NCBI GenBank assembly: GCA_012295275.1
Contig: CM022665.1
Span: 42,966,001 to 43,030,000 of the forward strand
DNA length: 64,000 bases
From: Chrysomallon squamiferum
Taxonomy: Eukaryota; Animalia; Mollusca
Direction: 5' to 3'
Shown in pieces: positions 57,901 to 64,000 of the stretch (its first letter is position 1; every line of letters starts with the position of its first letter). The translations under genes and the position numbers were made by a program. Below the pieces are notes generated by a model that saw only the letters and a program-made list of their open reading frames with translations, had not been told where the DNA came from and ran no database searches.

Positions 57901-60900
57901 GGAACAGGAACTGAGTAGTGTGGGAACAGGAAGTCGTATCATTGATATCAACCTGGATGGTACATTGGATGTTGTCATAGCAACCAGTGATGGGTAAGTT
58001 CTTTGTACATTGTAAACCAGGGGAGTGGGGTGTGGTTCAGTAGCAGAAACCTCACTTGAAGAATGATTGGTCAACTGCAATGGCACCTCATTTTTTTGTG
58101 CAACACATACTTACCAGCACTGGGAACAATTACTTAAGTGAACTATTAGGGTTTAACTTAATCTAGTGCAATGGTTGAGTTATCTCACAACCAGTGGTAA
58201 TTTACTAGCATCTCAAGAAATCTCACCAAAGAAATTAAAAGGATTAAATTGTTCCCAAGAGAGGTCTGGTCAATACCTGTTAATGGCAAATAAATCAGGT
58301 GAATTAGAAATTATTTTTATATTTATAGTAAAGCGCTTATAAAAAAATCTTTTGAAGCCATCATAATAACTTTGGAAATACTTTAATAAGTTTTATTCCA
58401 CTAGTGATACTATTAAAACATGCTTATTGGGGTTTTTTTATGCAATTTTATTTCACAGAAAAGTGTTTGCACTGAATGGAAAAGATGGGAGTCATCTTCC
58501 AAACTGGCCTATAAACACTGGCAGTAAGATCGTCTCAAATATTCTCATCACAAAAATCAGCAGGTTAGAAGATGAGTTGGATTTGGTAAGCTCTGTTCTT
58601 TCTCTTTCATGTTGATCTATGCTGTTGGTTTCTTTTATATTTACATCTCCACAGAATCTTTTATCTTTTCAACGTTCATCTAACTCTTCATCACTATTGT
58701 TCTCTGATTTTTTGTTTTTTGCACCTTTGTCTTTATGTTCTTGTTTGTTATTGTTGTTTTTGGGGGTTTTCTTGTCCATGACATCACAGCACTGCCATTG
58801 TTTCTACATTTCATTGCTAGTACAATTCATTTTCATTTTCTGGAGTATCTGCAGTCTTCACCTCTGTTCAGAGTTTGATTTAGCAACTTTATGTTCAGTT
58901 CAAAGACTTATGATTTAATGATTCCCAGTAAAATGTTAGAATATTCAAGTCTGACAAACTTCAGTTTTACCTTGGTTTATAGAATTTGAGTGTGTTCCCA
59001 TAATTAAAAGCAGAGGTACTTCCATAATATAATCTAAAAGTCATATTTCATTTCAGTTTCTATTTCATCCAGATATATATTGTACAAATATATAAAATTA
59101 TCGTTTTAATTTTACTTTTTAGATATTTACAGCAAAGGATGGAAATCTCTACATCATCTCTAGTGGTCAGACGTGTAAGGTGCACATACCAATTGAAGAA
59201 ACCTCATTGGTCGAAGTGCTGTCACATGACCTAGTCACCCAATCACAAGGGCTGGAGCTGCTTGTATCCACAAGGGACGGCACTCTGATCTGTCTGGGAC
59301 TGGGGAGAGAACTCCCTGCAGGCTACTCAGTGACTGAGGCAGTGGAGAGATTATATCAACAGTATTCACTGCCAGCTGTCACAAAGTCATACAACGATTT
59401 TGACTTTTCCATTGGAAAGGTAACTATTTTAGTTTTAAAACAGCATTTTATATCCATAATAGAGTAAATATTCATTTCAAATAAGAACAATGGTAATGTT
59501 AACCAAAAACCTAAGTAAGTTTAAATGATAATTTTATTTGTTTGAGATCATTAACAGTATTTTATGTCTACCTATGCTAACTATTAACTACATATATGGC
59601 AATGTTAGATGGAGTCCATCCAAATTATAGATTTGTTTATTGAGATCAGAGTTTGCTGAAAAAAAGAATAACCACAATTTAGCAACAAATTTTTTTTTCT
59701 CCAGTTATTTGAAATTCTGTTAATTTTAAAACACCTACAAAACAGTTCCATTTTGTTTTAATCGTTTTCTTACAAATACAGGTCCATCAACTGTAGGGTT
59801 GAGTGCATTTCTTGTTTCTGCAAGTGTCAATATTCTAATTACCAAAGTTTGTTGTATGTGCTATCTGTTTGTGGGAAGTGCATGGAAAAGAGCCTTTGTT
59901 CTTATCAGTATTTAAAAATAGTATTAAAAAGATATTTTTCTCTTTCATTTATTTATTCTTTTTTTTCAACAGCCTTTTGTGTACATCATGTCATCCACGA
60001 GACATCGAACAGAGATCACTGGCAGCACGTTCTGGCTCAGTTTTGAAATTGTCCACCACTCACAAGAAAATAAAAATAATACTGCTGACTATTTAATAAG
60101 AGTGAGTTACTAATACTTAATTTTGTGATAGTTTCAGTGTTGTAGCCATGTTTTCTTTTGTCCACCTTGTGAACAATCAAAAGTGCAGAGGTACTGAAAA
60201 TATATAAACGATAGCTGAACACAACAAATATTATTAAAAAAATGATACATAATCTAAGAACACATTTCTCTACCTTTCTTTAGAAGATGATATTAATTAC
60301 TGTCATTGTAAAAATTTAGTATTCCTGTGCTTTGAAGAAATTTAATTAATTTTCCACAGTTCATATTTACTGTTTTTTTTTTTTTTTATATTGCTGTTTC
60401 TTTTTGGACTGTTTTTTTTTTTAAACTTTAATAAACCATGCAAGAATTATTTAACATTATTATTATTATTATTATTATTTATTATTTTTATCTGACATAC
60501 TTAACAGGTTTTTAAAAATAATTATTTCAGGTGTATTATGGGAAGAATTTACTTTTCAAATCACGTTACACAGAAGCTGGAGAATATTCTGTTAAAATTG
60601 CAACATGGCCACAGCCAGGTCAAGGTCATTTGAAAGTTCTGATGAGCAATCAACATGGACAAATATTTCAAGACGGTTTTTCACTGAAGTGAGGAAATTA
60701 ATTTTTACAGATAAACCAGATTTAATTTACCACAATATATTATTTTTTAATAGTTTTGTTTAAATATGTGACGATCCTATTTTGAAATTTTTACAACTAA
60801 CACACTTTACTTAATTACTTTATTTCATATTTGCTATGTAAATGATAACAAACTTTTGAAATTCACAGCTTTTGTCTCCATTGATTTTGTTTTTCTGATT

Positions 60901-61184
60901 TTTTTTCTACAGTATACAAATAAAATAATCTTTAAACTTTAAGGTATTGCATTCAAAATCCATATTTGATTTATTTATGGGTTTTTTTAATTATTATTAT
61001 TATTATTTAATATATTTATTTTATTTATTTTTTTTTTTTTTTCAGGTTTAATAAGTTAATTCTTCAAGATTTACAATGGCTTGTTCTGGCACCTTTTGTT
61101 GCCATGTTAACAATATTGTTAGTGAATCATGGTTTTCCTGCTAAAGATCTACTTCCTGTGACATTACCTGCCAAGAATGCATAA
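52350..61184 (+). CDS. DEX1 (DEFECTIVE IN EXINE FORMATION 1)-like FG-GAP/VCBS-repeat membrane protein, 13 exons, about 673 aa
   Basis: Exons 52350-52459, 53198-53423, 53810-53917, 54393-54497, 55065-55186, 56100-56229, 56758(or 56765/56777)-56935, 57800-57993, 58459-58585, 59123-59419, 59973-60101, 60531-60688, 61046-61184. Signal peptide, repeated Ca-binding loops (DVNGDGELD, DINGDGILD, DLNKDGRLQ, DINLDGTLD), the DEX1-like signature VDPHILATPVIADLNNDD..ELVIPVSYFFD, and a C-terminal TM LQWLVLAPFVAMLTILLV. Confidence 0.88.
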
Positions 61185-63161
61185 AGACCTGGTTACTGAA
61201 GTCTGGCAAATGAAGGAGAAAAAAATGAAATTATTATTTTAAAAAAGTATTTATAATACATCCAATAATTGTCATAATGCATTTTTTATAATGACATAAC
61301 AGCTGCTGTTAGGAATGGTTATTCCAGTACACTTGGATTGTTGATGTTTACATCATTTGTAAATACAAAACCTTTAAATAATAAATATATTTTGGTACTT
61401 TCTCAAAAACAATTTGTTATTCTTTTTAATTTTTTTTTTTTTTAATAGAAATGGCTACCCAAATGGTTTCTACATAATCCATCTTAATTCTGACTGATAA
61501 ATGATGTGTTACTTTCCATATCTTGTACGGAAAATGTGTGTATGTATATATACTTTTTACATTGCTCAAATTATCAAGTTTGTGTATTAACTAGTAAACT
61601 TGTAAGTTGAGAAATAAAATTATGTCACCAAGTACAAAAAATGTGATTACATACACTTCAGATCATGAAATCTTTAAAAAAAAAAAAAAAAAAAATTAAT
61701 TTCTATAGTCAAAACCAAGGATTAATGTTTGTTTACAATCACTGTTGAAATAGACTGAAATAATTAGCTTTATTTTTACTTTTTTACTATCTCAATATAC
61801 ATATATATATATATATATATATATTTTTTAGTTTTTCAAAGTAAAACTACGCAGTCAAGAATACTAGATATCTATTATCTTTCTAAATGGAAAGTAATTA
61901 AAACACAAGACTTTTTTTTTTTTATTGTCGACTGCCTTTTATTTTTGCAGCATTTCAATTCTGACAAATGTATAAATTTTAAATCGGTGCCAATTTTATG
62001 TTGGCACATTTTCCATTTCATTCTTTTATAAATAAATTTACTACCATATTTAACATTTTCCAGCTGGTAGGGGCATTGTTTCAGTATTTGTTTTAAAAAG
62101 TAGTAAAATAAAAAAAATTGTAATTATTTTTTCTATTAACCACTAATTCACGTACATTTTATATGTAATTAAAAAAAAAAAAAAAAATTAAAATTAAAAA
62201 AAAAGAACAACAGCTATCATGTTTATATTTTAACTGTTAGAAACCTGATGGTAACAAGGGTAAAAACTTTAAAAAAAAGTTTCCTGAAACTTATTGCTAT
62301 AAACCAGTCTCATACTGCAAGTATTATGACCATTTCAACACAATGAAATTATTCTCATTGTATTCTTACATTCATTCACATACACACACGCATGCACACA
62401 CACACATTCATATTCAGAAAAGCTGATGTTTTTAAATTTTCAGAAATGCAGTGAAAAAAGACGAATATCTAATCTGAAAAAAAAAGAAATAAAAAATACT
62501 GAATTTAAGTTATTGATAAATTAATGGACATATGGATCCTGTGAAGAGATACCAGCAGTTAGCACCATTCTATAATGTAATGAAACTTGACATTCATCAA
62601 TACTCTACAACATTCATCCACACACACACACAACACATTCACACTGACATTCCAGTAAGCTTAATGCCCAATCATAGCCACACATACATGCGTATATACG
62701 TAATTTTCCTGGTTTTTACGTGGTCTATTATGTAGATAAATGGTTAACAAAGTATTTTATCATTCTTTCCTGGTCAATCCCTGCCAGTAGCCAGGTTTAG
62801 GAAATGATTTGTCTGTCACAGTGGTTCTGTGGTAGAAATACATCATTAAAAACTTGCACAAACAGTTTCGAATGTACCGTTAATTTACAATTAAATTTCA
62901 TTATATGTATCCATGCTGATAAATTTCACTGAGCTGTACAGTGGTACATCCAGTAACAATGCAGTGGTTTCAGAACCTTCGTAACAGACAGTCACTGTCA
63001 GTTATTATACTGAAACAGTCAGCCCCAACTGGAAATAAGCCTTTTTATATATATTTTTTAAACTGTCAGGAATGAAAGACATATCTGTCACATGACATTT
63101 TTAATTCATTTTTTAAATTTTTTTTATTTTTCAGTTTTTATTTTTTTTTTTTCATTGCAAC

Positions 63162-63287
63162 TCAGTCTGATTCCATTTCTTCTTCACCATCATCATCATC
63201 ATCATCATCACTGTCACCTTCAAGTCCATTCTCTACAGCTTCTTCTTTCTCGTCTTCATCCATGTTTGAAACTTCTTCCCAGTTGTC
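63162..63287 (-). CDS. Terminal exon of an unidentified gene (acidic C-terminal tail); the rest lies beyond the window end
   Basis: Acceptor TTTCACAG followed by an open frame DNWEEVSNMDEDEKEEAVENGLEGDSDDDDDDDGEEEMESD-stop (126 nt) with coding-like composition; convergent with the DEX1-like gene. Confidence 0.65.
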   Translation of the reverse strand, partial: DNWEEVSNMDEDEKEEAVENGLEGDSDDDDDDDGEEEMESD

Positions 63288-64000
63288 CTGTGAAATACAG
63301 AATGTTTCTTTAGAATATAACAATAAATAAATAAAAAAATTCCTATGAGTTAATACAGCAATATATTCTCAAACTTGGGATTCTAGTTCAAAATCTTTCA
63401 GAGAAGGCCAAGTAAATTTTTTTATTTTTCAATAACATGGTGTTATTTGAATGACAACACAATTATATTGTAATTCAGTTTGGTTGTGTGGCAAGACAAT
63501 TTCTTGTGTTTGCAGTTTTCATGCAGTCTCACAGGAAGAGAATCATATAGTAGTATTAGCATTTAATTAATTTGGTCCAATCCTCTTTGTTGAAATTGGG
63601 TATACTTAAATGTACAGTATGTTCACAATGAATCAGATTTTAGTGAATTTATTATATAAACCATAATGAACTTTATCCAGAATACGATCCCACATTTTTT
63701 TTAAATCATACTTCTTCTCACAAGCTAGTTGTTTTTAATCTTTTATTTCAATGCGTCTTATGACAAACAATTTTTGGTAACATTGGGACAGTGTGGCAAA
63801 ATTAAATACTGTGATGCAAGTATGATGAATTATGTAGCATAGTTTATGTGCATTTATATATTATAAATTCTTAGTTTTTACTGTCAAACTATGATGGAGT
63901 AGAGGCTCAAGTGGTTGCTGTGATCCAGGTTGAGAAATATGTTAACATTTGGGTTTTCATTTTTGTTTAAAGCATTTCTGCATGATCCCTCACATTCTTT

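Overview
AT-rich, microsatellite-dense animal genomic DNA with GT-AG introns. A lophotrochozoan, probably a gastropod mollusc, is my inference from gene content and repeat style; it is not proven. Six genes were reconstructed by hand from splice sites and reading phase. (1, 2) A convergent pair of C16orf89/UPF0764-like paralogs (+ 144-2982, 5' end outside the window; - 9931-19280), both extended by an acidic linker and a C-terminal transmembrane anchor. (3) A 4-exon PhyH-family Fe(II)/2-oxoglutarate dioxygenase (+ 25230-27863). (4) A 17-kb gene (- 30092-47326) for a secreted protein of about 29-30 antistasin-type protease-inhibitor domains, each on its own symmetric phase-1 exon, built by nested duplications, with a patterned set of reactive-site residues and a basic Gly/Arg tail. 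(5) A 13-exon homolog of plant DEX1, an FG-GAP/VCBS membrane protein (+ 52350-61184). (6) The acidic last exon of an unidentified gene (- 63162-63287). Two single-base frameshifts next to homopolymers (about 2306-2312 and 56778-56781) are probably assembly errors. Most ORFs in the supplied track are microsatellite artefacts. All family assignments come from recalled motifs; no database search was run.
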